From Chiloscyllium plagiosum (Eukaryota), in contig NC_057720.1 in assembly GCF_004010195.1 (NCBI RefSeq), forward strand, positions 26,717,154-26,737,153: 20,000 bases of DNA, read 5' to 3'. Position numbers and translations under genes: made by a program. This document shows positions 1 to 11,250 of the stretch, one piece after another; the first letter of the stretch is position 1, and each line of letters starts with the position of its first letter. Below the pieces are notes generated by a model. That model ran no database searches. It was given only the letters and a program-made list of their open reading frames with translations, and had not been told where the DNA came from.

Positions 1-62
1 GAAGAGGGGATGTTTGTTGATGACTACACAATGGTCATCACCATTGACAGTTCAACAGATAA
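1..62 (+). mobile_element. Short decayed non-LTR retrotransposon RT fragment (motif C region)
   Basis: Frame 1 reads EEGMFVDDYTMVITIDSSTDK, resembling the (M)FADD.T motif of CR1/L2-clade RTs. Very short and at the window edge. Confidence 0.3.
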
Positions 63-129
63 ACAGTATGGAGAGTGGATGATTAAAATGCCTGGCAAAG
101 ATTTAGACTGAGTAATGGGCCAAAACAAA

Positions 130-567
130 ATGTTCAACATCAAGGAGATGGAGCCTTGGGTTTCAGACTGGAAAATGTAGAAATAAAGGAGAATTAAAAA
201 ATGAAATAAAGGAGATTAAAATTATCCAAGAAAATAATTTAGCTCTCACAGAATGTGGCTAGGAGACATTAAAACTGATAAGCAATAGTGCAAGATGAAC
301 TGGCAAATAGCTTTGGTGATCTAAAAAGTTGTGAAAAATAACCTAATCACAATAGCACTATTATCAATGTTGAGATTCTATCAGGAAAGGAAGAGGATCT
401 TTTCCCATCATGTAACAGAACTTTCAGAAAATTGCAAATTTGGGCAATTTCTAGCAGAAGCACTCAGAGGCAGATTGGTTAGTAGCTGTTCCTTGGACTC
501 TTTGGCTAGAAGATAATTTGACTTTGAAAAATGAAGCAGAAATTGCTGTGAGCATGAGATTGCTGTG
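130..567 (+). mobile_element. Degenerate Ty3/Gypsy gag-like remnant
   Basis: Fragments across frames occur in the expected order: MFNIKEMEPWVSDWKM*, ECG*ETLKLISN, ELSENCKFGQFLAEALRGRLVS, EDNLTLKNEAEIAVSM. These resemble Gypsy gag motifs (DW..Y; L.E.C.FG..L.EALRDRLV.G; E..LTL.KA.EIA.AME). Several stops and frameshifts. Confidence 0.45.
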
Positions 568-1342
568 AAATGAAGAGAGAACATTGAAACAGGACTGGAC
601 AGGAGAGAACAAAGCACAGACTGAGACTCTGAAATTCTGTCAATGCTTTTACAGGAAAAGGTGGGGGGAGAGCAGCTGCAGTACATGGAGCTGAAAGCAG
701 ATATGCCACATTACACCCATTCTGAAAATACACACAAAGTGGGGTGAAAGTGACTGTTGTCAGTAGATTCACAAAATCTTGAACTCTCCAAATGAGCAAA
801 TGATGAGGGTTCAAATCTTGCTGTCTCCAGATCATCAGATAGGGACCTTTGTCAGCAGATGTGCAGACATACCTGTGAATTACCTGAGTAATCTAATCTT
901 TTGATGGAATCATTACCTGCTCACCACAACCCTCTGGATTAGATACATAGTACTTACCTATATACTTACCGTGAAAACGTTCAACAGTTTTTAAATTTGT
1001 CTAATACCTAGGTAACTCCATAATGAAGCTGGATCCACCAGGGAGTAGGCCCCAGCCAGAAGTCTTTCAGGAGTTTAGAAGGATGAGGGATCTTATTAAA
1101 ACTTACAGAGTACTCAGAGGCCTGGATAAAATGGATCTGGAGAAGGTGTATCCACTGGTAGGAGAAACTGGGACCATGGGCAGAGCTTCGCAGTGAAGGG
1201 AACTGAGATGAGGAGGGATTCTTTTCAAACAGAGGATGGTGAATCTATGAGGAGAAAGTGAGGTCTGCAGATGCTGGAGATCAAAGTTGAAACTTTATTG
1301 CTGGAACAGCACAGCAGGTCAGGCAGCATCCAGGGAACAGGA

Positions 1343-1378
1343 GATTCGACGTTTCGGGCACAGGCCCTTCTTCAGGAA
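1343..1378 (-). ncRNA. Mirror-image minimal hammerhead core on the minus strand
   Basis: The minus strand reads ttc-CTGAAGA-A-GGGCCTGTGCCC-GAAAC-GTC-gaatc. The core is identical, but stem I is reduced to about 3 bp by the central junction. Confidence 0.65.
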
Positions 1379-1381
1379 ATG

Positions 1382-1419
1382 GATTCCTGAAGAAGGGCCT
1401 GTGCCCGAAACGTCGAATC
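1382..1419 (+). ncRNA. Minimal type I hammerhead ribozyme
   Basis: Stem I GATTC(1382-1386)/GAATC(1415-1419); core CTGAAGA 1387-1393; extra A; stem II GGGC-CTGT-GCCC; GAAA 1407-1410; very short palindromic stem III (ACGT); predicted cleavage after GTC at 1414. Confidence 0.8.
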
Positions 1420-2879
1420 TCCTGTTCCCTGGATGCTGCCTGACCTGCTGTGCTGTTCCAGCAATAAAGTTTCAACGATGGTGAATCTATGGAATCCATT
1501 GCTGCAGAAGGCTGCAGAGGCCAAGTCACTGAAACCAGAAAACACACTGAGCAGTGAGTTTATTTAAGATGGAAACAGATAGGTTCTTGATTGACAAGGG
1601 GATCAAAAGTTAAATGGAGAAAGCAGGAGCATTGGCTTGAGAAACATATCAGCCTTGATCGAATGGTGGATCAGACTTAATGGGCTGATTGGTTTAATTC
1701 TGCTCCTGTATCTTATGGTTATGGCAGCCCAGCATCTTCCAGTGACCAGCGACATTGGTTTTGAAGCCTGCAACAGACCAAGAAACTAATGAAAGGTTTG
1801 CCTGTAAGTTTTTAACAAGCTCATTGGTGGGCAGTGGATCAGGTCATTTTGCATTGGGATGGCAGCTTAGTTGTCAACTACACTTTGTCACAAAGATATA
1901 AAATCGTGTCCATTGTTAGTAAGACTTTTGGGAGACCAGGGGAAACATGCCTTCCCCTTTCAAGATGCAAGGATGCTTTGCCTTGTCTCAATTTTGCTGC
2001 ATTAAAGATTGGGTGGAATTTCATTCAGACTTCACTATTAACCCTTTTAGAATCATTACCTTTTATAGCAGAAGGAAACTGTGCAAATTGCAAAATCAAA
2101 TGGCCAAGCAAGCTACCTGTGTCTCTTAATTAGTGACGTAGATATTATGATTGCTATGGTGGAATATTAGGAGAGCCCCACATGTGACTTCCCTGTTGCA
2201 AATAGCACTTAAGTTTTACTGTCACCAATATGTGGCTCATAACATACTCTTACCTGAGCCATCTCTTCACACTCTACAGGGTTGATTTTAAACCAGGGTG
2301 AGTTATGGGCAAATGTGAGGTAAACCAAGTGCTAAATGCATTCTCTGGTTTCAGGCCTAACATATTTTATTCAATCTGTATGTCTATCATCCACCTGAAA
2401 TAGTTCAAAAATGGCTGCCAGCCAACAGGCAGTGACCACAGGCCCCCAGCAGGTAGCAAGAAAAGGCTCAGGAAACAGCAGGTATTTCATTGAAGCTAAA
2501 GATTTCAGGGGAAGAAGGTGGAAGTCTAGGGCAGACCTTAAAATGGAATTAGAACCCCACTAATGTAACAAGATTTCAGTGTGCATAACTTCACAAGGTC
2601 TCTGCCAGTTTTAAGTAGACATTTTGTCTGCCTCCAGAACATGGTGGGCAAAAATTCATCAAGTTACAAAAAAAAGGTGAGTGCAGACTAATTGCCTATT
2701 TTTGACTTTCCATACTCCCAGTTTCTAGAACATATGTAGGGCTACAATCAACTCCTTTCTCACCATTCATCTTTATTTTACATTCATAGTTTTCTCTCTT
2801 GCTCTTCAAGCTACAACTCTACTGTCTGGCGACCAAAACTTTTTTCAGTTATGAAAGTTACTCTGAAATTGCACAATCT

Positions 2880-3185
2880 CAAAGCTCTGGCCTTTTGACA
2901 CTGATTGGTATCATTGACTTTAAAGTACATTATCATTAAATGGCTTCCTGCCAAAGGTACATTCATGGCTAAGTAATTTTGTTTCAAATCACTCTATCTG
3001 TGGTGAACTTCATGTTCTTTTTTTGTGACTCTTTTTCCATTACTTAAAGAATATAGAGTTTTTAAGGCTCTATACTTTCTCACACTTTGCTCCTTCTTCA
3101 TATCAATGACCTCTGACACTCATCATTCAACCCTATCTACTCTTTTGATGATGATTCCACTCTACGTTCATCAACTTACTTCATA
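2880..3185 (+). mobile_element. Ancient non-LTR retrotransposon RT remnant (CR1/L2 group)
   Basis: From 3066 the sequence translates GSILSHTLLLLHINDL*HSSFNPIYSFDDDSTL, matching QGSVLSP.LF...INDL and YADD. Upstream pieces FDTDWYH and WLSNFVSNHSI match AFD.VWH and WL.NFL..RS. Confidence 0.55.
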
Positions 3186-3579
3186 CTCTATGACATCTGT
3201 GCTCAAACCTTTTAGTTTCTTCACATCGCAGAATTGCCGCTTGAAGATCCTCTCCCCACCTGCCGCAGAGCAGTGGAAACCTTGTTTACTTCAGATCCTC
3301 TGTGTCTCTCACTAGTCGAACCACAGTTATCACCTTCTTATCTTTGATGTCTCCAACATTAGTCATTCTTTATCAGTTCACACTATTGCCCTTTCACTAA
3401 CTTTTGGTGGAAAGTGGAATTAGAACTTCTTTCTTTCATGCCAAACTCTTCTTCTTAGCAACTCTTAATTCTCTGTGAAGGTTAAGCATGTCCTAAACTT
3501 TAATACTTTTTTGATCTGGGGTTAATTTAACATCTCCACTGTATCCAACACAGAGTAAAAGTAGAATAGCTGTTGCAGA

Positions 3580-4110
3580 GTGTTTACAGCACAGAATCAC
3601 ACAATTTGGACAAAAGCTTCACATAAGCAGATCTTAGCCTTCATCATATAACCTGACCAATATATCCTTCTATGACTTTCCCCCTCATTGGAATTAGAAT
3701 CTCTATAGTATGGAAGCAGGCTCTTCACCCAACAAGACCCTCTGAAGAGTTCCATTCCCCTACCCTATATTTGCCCTTGACTAATAACCAACGATATGGG
3801 CAATTTAGCGTGGCCAATTCACCTAACCTGCACATCTTTGGATTGTGGGAGGAAACCGAAACACCAAGAGAAAGCCCACACAGACTCAGGGATAATGTGC
3901 AAACTCCACATAGACATTCACCTGAGGCTGGAATCAAACCTGGCGCTGTGAGGCAGTTGTGCTAACCACTCAGCCACCGTGCCTCATATGTTTATCCAAC
4001 TTCCCCTTAAATATATATAAATATATGTTATTTGCTGCAACAATTCCTTGAAGTAGTGAGTCTAACTTGCTAACCACTGTCTGAATATAAACATTTCTTT
4101 TGCACTCATG
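3580..4110 (-). mobile_element. Old CR1-type 3' end remnant, interrupted by a SINE
   Basis: Degenerate similarity to the minus-strand CR1 3' UTR at 17852-18110 (tacagcacagaa..., atatccttct..., atgtttatccaacttccccttaaat..., taaccactgtctg). Confidence 0.4.
3689..3983 (-). mobile_element. Near full-length tRNA-derived V-SINE (HE1-like)
   Basis: The minus strand begins GGCACGGTGGCTGAGTGGTTAGCAC (A box), with a B-box-like GGTTTGATTCC, a V-domain-like tgtggagtttgcacatt...ggtttcctcccacaatccaaagatgtgcaggttaggtgaattggcc, and a CR1-like 3' tail ending in attcta-type repeats. Candidate TSD CCTCAT at 3683-3688 and 3982-3987. Confidence 0.88.
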
Positions 4111-4907
4111 AATATCCTCTCACTGTAATCCTCTAACTCATGTTTTATTTTCCCAGGACAATTGGAGTCCTTATATTCTCAAGTTTTTCATTTCTCTTTT
4201 ACTTGTAAAAGTTTCAAAACCTAAATTAACCACCACCTAACCAAGACTTCCCAATTTACATCAGCTTCTCATTTATATTCATACTGCTTGCATGGTTACG
4301 CTGTTTTTTGGGTTCTCAGCATGGCCTTTTTCAATAAAACAAAATTTTTAAGATTGGAGGGTAAATCTCACAATCCCAAGCCCCAGTGGGGAGCTGGCCT
4401 AGAAGGAACCCAGTTTGCAGCAGTCTGAGCTGAAGCAAGGTCATACTGATTCTAAACCCAATCACACTTTCTTGTCGCCCATTCATCTTTGCAAGTGATT
4501 AGAGTAAATCTAAGTATGTTCTAAAGAACATAGCAAAAACTGAGTCCAAAAACTTTGTTTATTATTGTTTGATTGTTAATTCCAGTTTTCTGCCTCCGTA
4601 CTCATCTATTGACACTTTCTTTAGAAGCCCAGGTTGTGGTTGCCTCTGAAACTGCTTTAAATTCCTTACCATTGTGACTGGCCAGGTTGCATCCTTACCA
4701 CTTATGATCTTCCGTGTGATGAATTCTGCCTTAAGTCCCACATTTATTGCTAATTTCCTCAGATCTGAAATTCCTCTGATGGAGAAAGGGCACTGGTTCG
4801 GTCCATTGGGTGGAATCTAGATGGCCTGACTTTCTATCACACAGGTTGGCAAAACATTGACTCGTTTGCCTAACATCTGGTCCAAAACCTCAAGTCAGTA
4901 CAACCAC

Positions 4908-5110
4908 AAAGATCTAAAGCAAAAAAGAAGGCCATCTGATATTTAATATCATGTCTACGTTGGTATTTGCTGGTGTAATCATAAGTAGTTCTACTGTACT
5001 GCCCTTGCACCATAGCCCCTTTACCTTTCCCTGCTTTCAGACATTATCATTTTTCTTTAAAAGATGCAATATTTTCCACTCTTACCTGAGGTAAGGCATT
5101 GGGTCCTCTG
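4908..5110 (-). mobile_element. Possible highly decayed CR1 3' end remnant
   Basis: The pattern gaaggccatc ... cccttgcaccatagcccc ... resembles the other minus-strand CR1 3' UTRs in the window. Confidence 0.3.
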
Positions 5111-5545
5111 ATATCTATATAATTAGGTGTCTTTTGAAAGCCTCGAGAAGCAAGATTCTCTCCCCACTTTGAATGGCTGCTCAAAGTTAATGACCATCTT
5201 TCCATCTCTACCTCCCAAAACAGAAGAATATACTAGAATTTCAATCTCCCTGGTGCGGCATGATCAGGAACTTGGCAAGTACAGAGAAAATGAAAAAAAT
5301 TTGGAATCTCATCCTTAAGGAAGAGATTTGCAATTTTCCCCTTAAGCCATAAACCACAACTTTAGAACCTTACTGTTGACTACCTTATTGCTGTCTCATT
5401 GTGTCTCATTAAGGGTCCAACTTACGTCATGTCCATGGAAGTTCCAAATGTCCTTTCCTTTCATGAGAACTGGGAGGCATAAATTCCCGACACGTAAATT
5501 AGGATGGTTATCTGGTGGCTGAAATTTGCCAATTGTTAGTGCCAG

Positions 5546-5748
5546 TGTCGAGAGTGTGGTGCTGGAAACGCACAGCAGTTCAGGCAGCATCCAACGAGCA
5601 GGAGAATTGATATTTCGGGTATATGCCCTTCATCAGGAACCTGAAATGTCAATTCTCCAGCTCCTTAGATGCCGCCTGACCTGCTGTGCTTTTGCAGCAC
5701 CACACTCTCAACTCCGCTCTCCAGTATCTGCAGTCCTCACTTTCTACT
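5546..5748. mobile_element. Second, older palindromic Penelope-like terminal-repeat insertion with 15-bp TSD
   Basis: Imperfect inverted arms (~5548-5618 versus ~5640-5712). The extension tccagtatctgcagtcctcactttct is homologous to the reverse complement of 1252-1279. TSD AATTGTTAGTGCCAG (5531-5545) / AATTGTTGGTGCCAG (5749-5763). Minus-strand core CTGATGA-AGGGCATATACCC-GAAATATC. Confidence 0.82.
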
Positions 5749-7385
5749 AATTGTTGGTGCCAGCTTTCATCCAATTGCTTCTTCACTACAATATCCATTC
5801 ATGCTCTATGGACACCATCCTTCTCAACTCTTCATCTGCCACAGCATCGAGACTTCTCTTGGAACAATTCACCAACCACTACAGCCTCTCAGCACTCTAC
5901 TTTGGAGCTGTACTTTGGAGAGACACTTAAAGGCTTACATGTTTCTGCCAGATCACTGTGCACAGGGAAACATATGCATCTCGTGCATCTGTACAGGATA
6001 GCTCTGAGCTCGTTTTCTTATCACTCGCTCACTTTGCATTTACTTGGAGCTAGCCAGCATCTGTCTACTTCACATTGCTTTCTAACCACACACTCATTGA
6101 CTCACTGACATACAGGCTGTCTGCCTCTGTATGGTTCATATTTCTTTTTACCACCCAGTTTCTTTTGTGTTCAGTTACAGATTGCCAGACTCTGGCTTTC
6201 ATTGCTTTTAAGCACAGGAGGAAAAATAGGCAGCTTATCATGATGGGGAGAACTGTGCAATCCGAGAGTGGATTTGTCATTGTGCAACACTGTGTCATGT
6301 CAACATCACATCAACAACACATGGTGGGAACTAGATAATGCCCATGCTTCAACCAATGGCCATGTCCGAAAGTCAAAGAGAAGCAGTCTTTAGTGAGGTC
6401 AAGAGGGAATTACAGTCAGTCAAGGGACACTCTCACAGTCAGACAAAGATGCACCTGATTATATTACAGGATATCAGCCACAAATAGTCAAAAGCTTTGT
6501 CCTCCCAGAGTCCAGATTGGGTCGTGATGAGTTGCACTAGTCAAGTGCACTCATTCCAGGGATTTCAGGTGGCTCAATTGGGGTGTTGTGGTGACATCAG
6601 ACTAGAGGCTGAGCCATGTGATGCAGGGGGATGGATCATGGTCAGTCCTGGGGTTTGCTGAATAAATATCAAGTAGCTCATTACAGAGGGCACTCCATGG
6701 AGTTCTGAGAAAAGTGGGCAACTCAAGCCTGGGGATAGGGTTTAATGCACTTGGTTACTGAGGAATGGTGATGGTGACAGGGACATTCTAGACAGAAGAG
6801 TGGGATCTTAAAGACAATAGGAGGGATTTGGAAGGTTTTGGATGAAATCACAGCCATGTTATGGTAACTCTGACCTCCACCTTGGGGAGGACACAGAACC
6901 TTCAAAAGCATTTTTAATTTCAAGTGATATTGGCTCTCGGGATAAATTGAGCACATTAATTGTAATATGAAGGGACACAACAGAAATGGGAAGCAGCTGA
7001 AATATCATACGGGATGCAAGGATAGAAACTCAAAAAGGGAAGGTGAAGGCTGGGGAGAATTTTTTCCATCACAGATAAAACTTGCAGTTTATTCACAAGA
7101 ATGCGAAACATGAACCTTAAATTTCAGATCAAAAGTGCATTAACTGCAAAATGTGGCTATCACCACATGCAAAATGGATGAAGTAAATTACTAATTCTTT
7201 CTTTTAGGAGTGGAGTAAATGTTTGTAATTGGAGCCACTGCTCAGGGCAGTTGCAATAATCATGTGTTCACTAATTCAATATATAACTTCATTGGCATGT
7301 CATTTATTATCCAAGAATGCTCATTCAAAGTCCCCTGATCTCACGTAATCAGGAATGACATTATCTGTACTAATTCTGTCCGTGC

Positions 7386-7499
7386 TACAGAAACATAGAA
7401 AATAGGAGTAGGCCATTCATCCCTTCAAGCCTGTTCTGCCATTCACCATGGCCATGGCTGGTCATCCAACTCAGTGCAATGTTCCCACTTTCTCCCCAT
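7386..7499 (-). mobile_element. CR1-type 3' terminal fragment
   Basis: acagaaacatagaaaataggagtaggccattc...cttcaagcctgttctgccattc...atggctggtcatccaactc; homologous to 11251-11375. Confidence 0.65.
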
Positions 7500-8332
7500 T
7501 CTCTAACTTCAATGGTTTGCACCCTACACCCTAGAATGGATTATCGGTGTTGTTGAGGACAAAGTAAGCCCAACATTGGCCATTGGGCTGTATCATTCCC
7601 ATTCTTCTCAAATGTGAACAACATTCCATTAATTCTAAAATAAGACAAATTGCTGTGAATACTACAGGTAGGAAATATAAACAGAAAGGGCCAGATGTTG
7701 CATGGAGTAGTGATCTCATGCTGCTGCTTTCAGGAGCGTTGTCAGGTCTAGTGGTAGGGGATGCAGGCTTGAGTCTGGTTGGGCATGGGAGTGGAAGAGA
7801 GAAGAGGGTTTGAGCCCAGTGTGAGTGGAAGGGGAGAACAGTCCACATCAAGGAGGGGGCAGCATGAATGTAGAGTCCTGGGGGTGAGAGTGGAGATCTG
7901 ATTGGGATCTGGGGGTGTATATATGGTCTGGAGGAGATATAGTTTCAAGGGAGAGGATGAGATAAATTATGGGGTCAGTTAAATAGCTAAATCAGGAGCT
8001 AGTCTATTTACTGGTTTAACTTTTCCAAAGTAACTATTTGCTTATTTTCATCATGATGCTCCAAGTGCTCCAATTTAGAGGAAGTTTTTTGGAGAATTCC
8101 AGGAAAAGAGGAATGTCTTCAATTTCCCAGGCCCATTCCTTCAGAGTCATCTATGACAGGGAGTCTGTAGAGACCCCATGTGCTACTTTCATCTCTGCTG
8201 CATTAGCGAATGCATGGCTATTGGAAAAGCTGTGCTATATTGTGGTGAAGGTACTCTGAGCAGAGTTGTTCTGCATGGCGGTCACTTGGTCTGTGTTTGA
8301 TCAGCAAAAGTCTTAATATTTTATTCTTGTCC

Positions 8333-9292
8333 CTTGGTGCTGGGTCCACTGTTCTTCGTCATTTATATAAATAATTTGGATGTAAACATAGGAGGTATGA
8401 TTAGTAAATTTGCAGATGACACCAAAATTGGAGGTACAGTGGATAGCAAGCAAGGTTACCTCAGAATACAACAGGACCTTGATCAGATGGGTCAATGGGC
8501 CGAGGAGTGGCAGATGGAATTTATTCAATCTTAGATGCATTTTGTAAAGGCAAAGCAGGGTAGGACTTATACACTTAATGGTAAGATCCTGGGGAGTGTT
8601 GCTGAACAAGGAGACCTTGGAGTGGAAGTTCAAAGCTCCTTGAATAGTGGAGTCCCAGGTAGACAGGATAGTGAAGATGATATTTGGTTTGCTTTCCTTT
8701 ATTGATCAGAGCATTGAGCATTGGAGTTGGGAGGTCATGTTGCAGTGTACAGGACCTTGGTTAGGCCACGTTTAGTATATTGTGTTTAATTCTGGTCTCT
8801 CTGTTATGGGAAGGATGTTATGAAACTTGAAATGTTTCAGAAAAGATTTACAAAGATGTTGCCAGGGTTGGAGGGTTGGAGTTATAGGGAGAGGCTGAAT
8901 AGGCTGGGGCTATTTTTCTAGAGATTTATAAAATCATGAGGGGCACGGATAGGGTGAATAGCCAAGGTCATTTCCCCGGGGTGGGGGAGTCCAAAACTAG
9001 AGGGAATAGGTTTAAAGTGAAAGGGAAAATATTTAAAAAGGACCTAAGGGGCAACATTTTCATGCAGAGGGTGGTACATGTATGGAATGAGGTCCCAGAG
9101 GAAGTGGTAGAGGCTGGTACAATTATGATATTTAAAAGACATCTGGATAGGTATATGCATAGGAAGGGTTTAGAAGGATATGGGGGAAATGCTGACAAAT
9201 GGGACTAGATTTATTAATTTAGGATGTCTGATTGGCATGGACAAGTTGGACCGAAGGGTCTGTTTCCATGCTGTATAGCTCTATGACTCTAT
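8333..9292 (+). mobile_element. 5'-truncated CR1 LINE (RT C-terminal part and 3' UTR), frameshifted
   Basis: VLGPLFFVIYINNLD...KFADDTKIGG...WAEEWQMEF; C-terminal FMQRVVHVWNEVPEEVVEAG; 3' end ccgaagggtctgtttccatgctgtatagctctatgactctat. About 30 bp is deleted near 8918 relative to the copy at 17852-19604. Confidence 0.93.
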
Positions 9293-9571
9293 CAATAAAA
9301 TCACCTACACAGTTCTATTTCCTGAGACAATATATCTAATATTTTATGGCAACATGGAAATTAGTCACAGGCACACAATGAAAATATTGATATCATCAAC
9401 TTCAAAGAAACACCAATAAATGAGTAATGGTTTCAACTAAAAGGGTTCAAAAATGGGTCACTAGTTATTTCAACAAAAGAGTATAGTTGCTGCTAAAGGA
9501 TAACATTCACAGTTATTTCATGGTGTAAATAACAGCAGTAAGGGAGAAAAACATTAACTAACCCTCAGTAA

Positions 9572-9659
9572 CATTCTGATGAAGAGTCACCAGACTCAAA
9601 ATGTTAACTCTGCTTTCAGCCCCCAGATTCTCCCAGACCTGCTGAGTTTCACCAGCAAT
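9572..9659 (+). mobile_element. Solo Penelope-like terminal-repeat fragment with decayed hammerhead core
   Basis: CTGATGA-A-GAGTC-ACCA-GACTC-AAAA-TGTT, then ccagacctgctgagtttcaccagcaat, homologous to the other PLE termini. Confidence 0.65.
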
Positions 9660-10271
9660 ACAACCCTTCAAAATATTAAGCAGAGCTTTAGGTGTTATTA
9701 TTCATTCCTTCCAGAGTCACATTGCACACAACCTGCACAAATTCCATGTTTAAGGTTTGAAGGGCTTGGTTAAATGATTAGAACCTTCTGACACTTTGGG
9801 AGGAATTCACTTTATTGGGTCCAGCTCCCATCAGAATTATTCACATGCTGTCCATACCGCCTCTCCCTCCTCTAGGTATTTGAGTTGGATGACTATCAGT
9901 TTGTGTGATAGCTGTCATAGGGTGACTCTGATACCGATAAAATCTAAGAACATAAGGACCACATGGGAGCAAGAGTAGCTCTTTGAACGTAAGATAGTTA
10001 AGGCTTGACCTATGATTCACTTTACAGCCTGAATGCACTGTCTTTTAGTTCTTTTATGGTCCAAATAGCTCTTAATCGCTGCATTAAATTCAATCAATTA
10101 ATTAACTCCTCGGCTTTCTTGAGGAATCCAAAAAATCAAAATCCTCCCAGACTTTTCTTTGTACAATCCTAAATGGCTACCTCCTTACCCAAACAGGATG
10201 CCCCAATATTCTCTCTGACTTGCCAGGCAGGAGAAACAATCCTTACCCTATCAAATCTCTCAGAATCTTAA

Positions 10272-11009
10272 ACAAACATAAAGACTGTTGGAGAAACTCA
10301 GCAGGTCTGGTGGCATCACTGAAGAGAGAAACAATCGATGTTTTGAGTCCAGTAAAAAGAGTTGTTACCGGCAGTGAAAGAGAAAAAAAGGGATATAAAA
10401 TGGGTGAAAATAACGGTGTGAAAGGGAGAGATTATATCCTCTCTACTGAGAACAAATTAAACATGATACAAACAAGCTAAGTTTGATGGGGGTGGGAGTA
10501 AGAAAATGTAAGGATAAAGGACAATAGGCACACTTCCGTCGGTTTCTGAAAGCAAATGGAATTCAGTATTGAAACCTCAAGGCTGGAAAGTGTCGAGGTA
10601 TAAAAAGTGAGGTGTCATTTCTTGAGCGTCCTTTGGAACATTGCAGCAGGCCCACGCCAAAAATGTTAGCAAGAAAGGAAGGTGGTTTCTTGGAATGGCA
10701 AGCAACTGCAAGGTGAAGGTCATTCTTATGTCCAGGAATGATCCAGTCTATGTTTGATCAGTCAGCGTAAAGGACACTGCATTATTAACAGTGAAAGCAG
10801 TACAGTAGATTGAAAGAATTACAAGTGAAATGTTGCTTCACCTGGACAGTGTATTTAGGGCCTTGGACTATCAGGAGGGTGGAAGTGAATTGACAAGTAT
10901 TACACCTACTGCAATTGCATGGGAAGGTGCAATGGGGAGTAAGAAAGCATTAAGACAGTTGAGGGAAGAGGAGATGTGTTTGGTGGTGGCATCTGCTGAG
11001 ATACAGAAA
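10272..11009 (-). mobile_element. Decayed Penelope-like element 3' part (GIY-YIG remnant plus terminal repeat)
   Basis: Minus translation near 10770-10870 gives VQGPKYTVQVKQHFTCNSFNLLYCFHC**CSVLYA, collinear with 16356-16752. A terminal-repeat remnant lies at 10280-10353. Confidence 0.75.
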
Positions 11010-11250
11010 TGAATTTTGTATGTTTCAATGAGATAATTTCTCATTCTTATAAATTCTAGATCAGACAGGCCCATTCTATTCAGTTCAGCTCCTGACACCT
11101 GTCTAGTGCAAATGAATCTTTCCTTAGGCACAGAGACCAAAATCTTACACCGTATGTCAGGTGTGGTCTCACCAAAATCTTGTCCAATTGTAGCACAATT
11201 TCTTTATTCTTATACATCAACTATTTGCAAAAGAAGTCAAAAAACCATTT

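Larger units (their letters stand above)
1250..1476. mobile_element. Palindromic Penelope-like terminal-repeat insertion (perfect 93-bp inverted repeat) with 15-bp TSD
   Basis: Arms 1286-1378 and 1384-1476 are exact reverse complements, with a 5-nt loop ATGGA. An unpaired extension occupies 1250-1285. TSD GATGGTGAATCTATG lies at 1235-1249 and 1477-1491. It shares motifs (ctgcagatgctgga, cagc..gtcaggcagcat, hammerhead core) with the terminus of the GIY-YIG-bearing copy at 15971-16752. Confidence 0.88.
1069..1724 (+). mobile_element. CR1-type LINE 3' fragment, interrupted by the hairpin insertion at 1250-1476
   Basis: End of ORF2 (gagtttagaaggatgagggatcttattaaaacttac...) and 3' UTR ending in tctgctcctgtatcttatggttatgg. 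The CR1 sequence resumes after the duplicated gatggtgaatctatg. Confidence 0.75.

Noticed and set aside
1286..1476. Hairpin as a DNA-transposon MITE or a pre-miRNA
   Set aside because: The inverted repeat is not terminal on one side (36-bp unpaired extension), the arms are homologous to PLE termini, and a perfect 93-bp stem is unlike a miRNA precursor.
1281..1547. Overlapping ORFs on both strands encoding the same peptide
   Set aside because: This is a direct consequence of the perfect palindrome.
5669..8259. Assorted short ORFs of 60-140 aa
   Set aside because: They show no recognisable domains or splice support and are consistent with chance ORFs in non-coding DNA.
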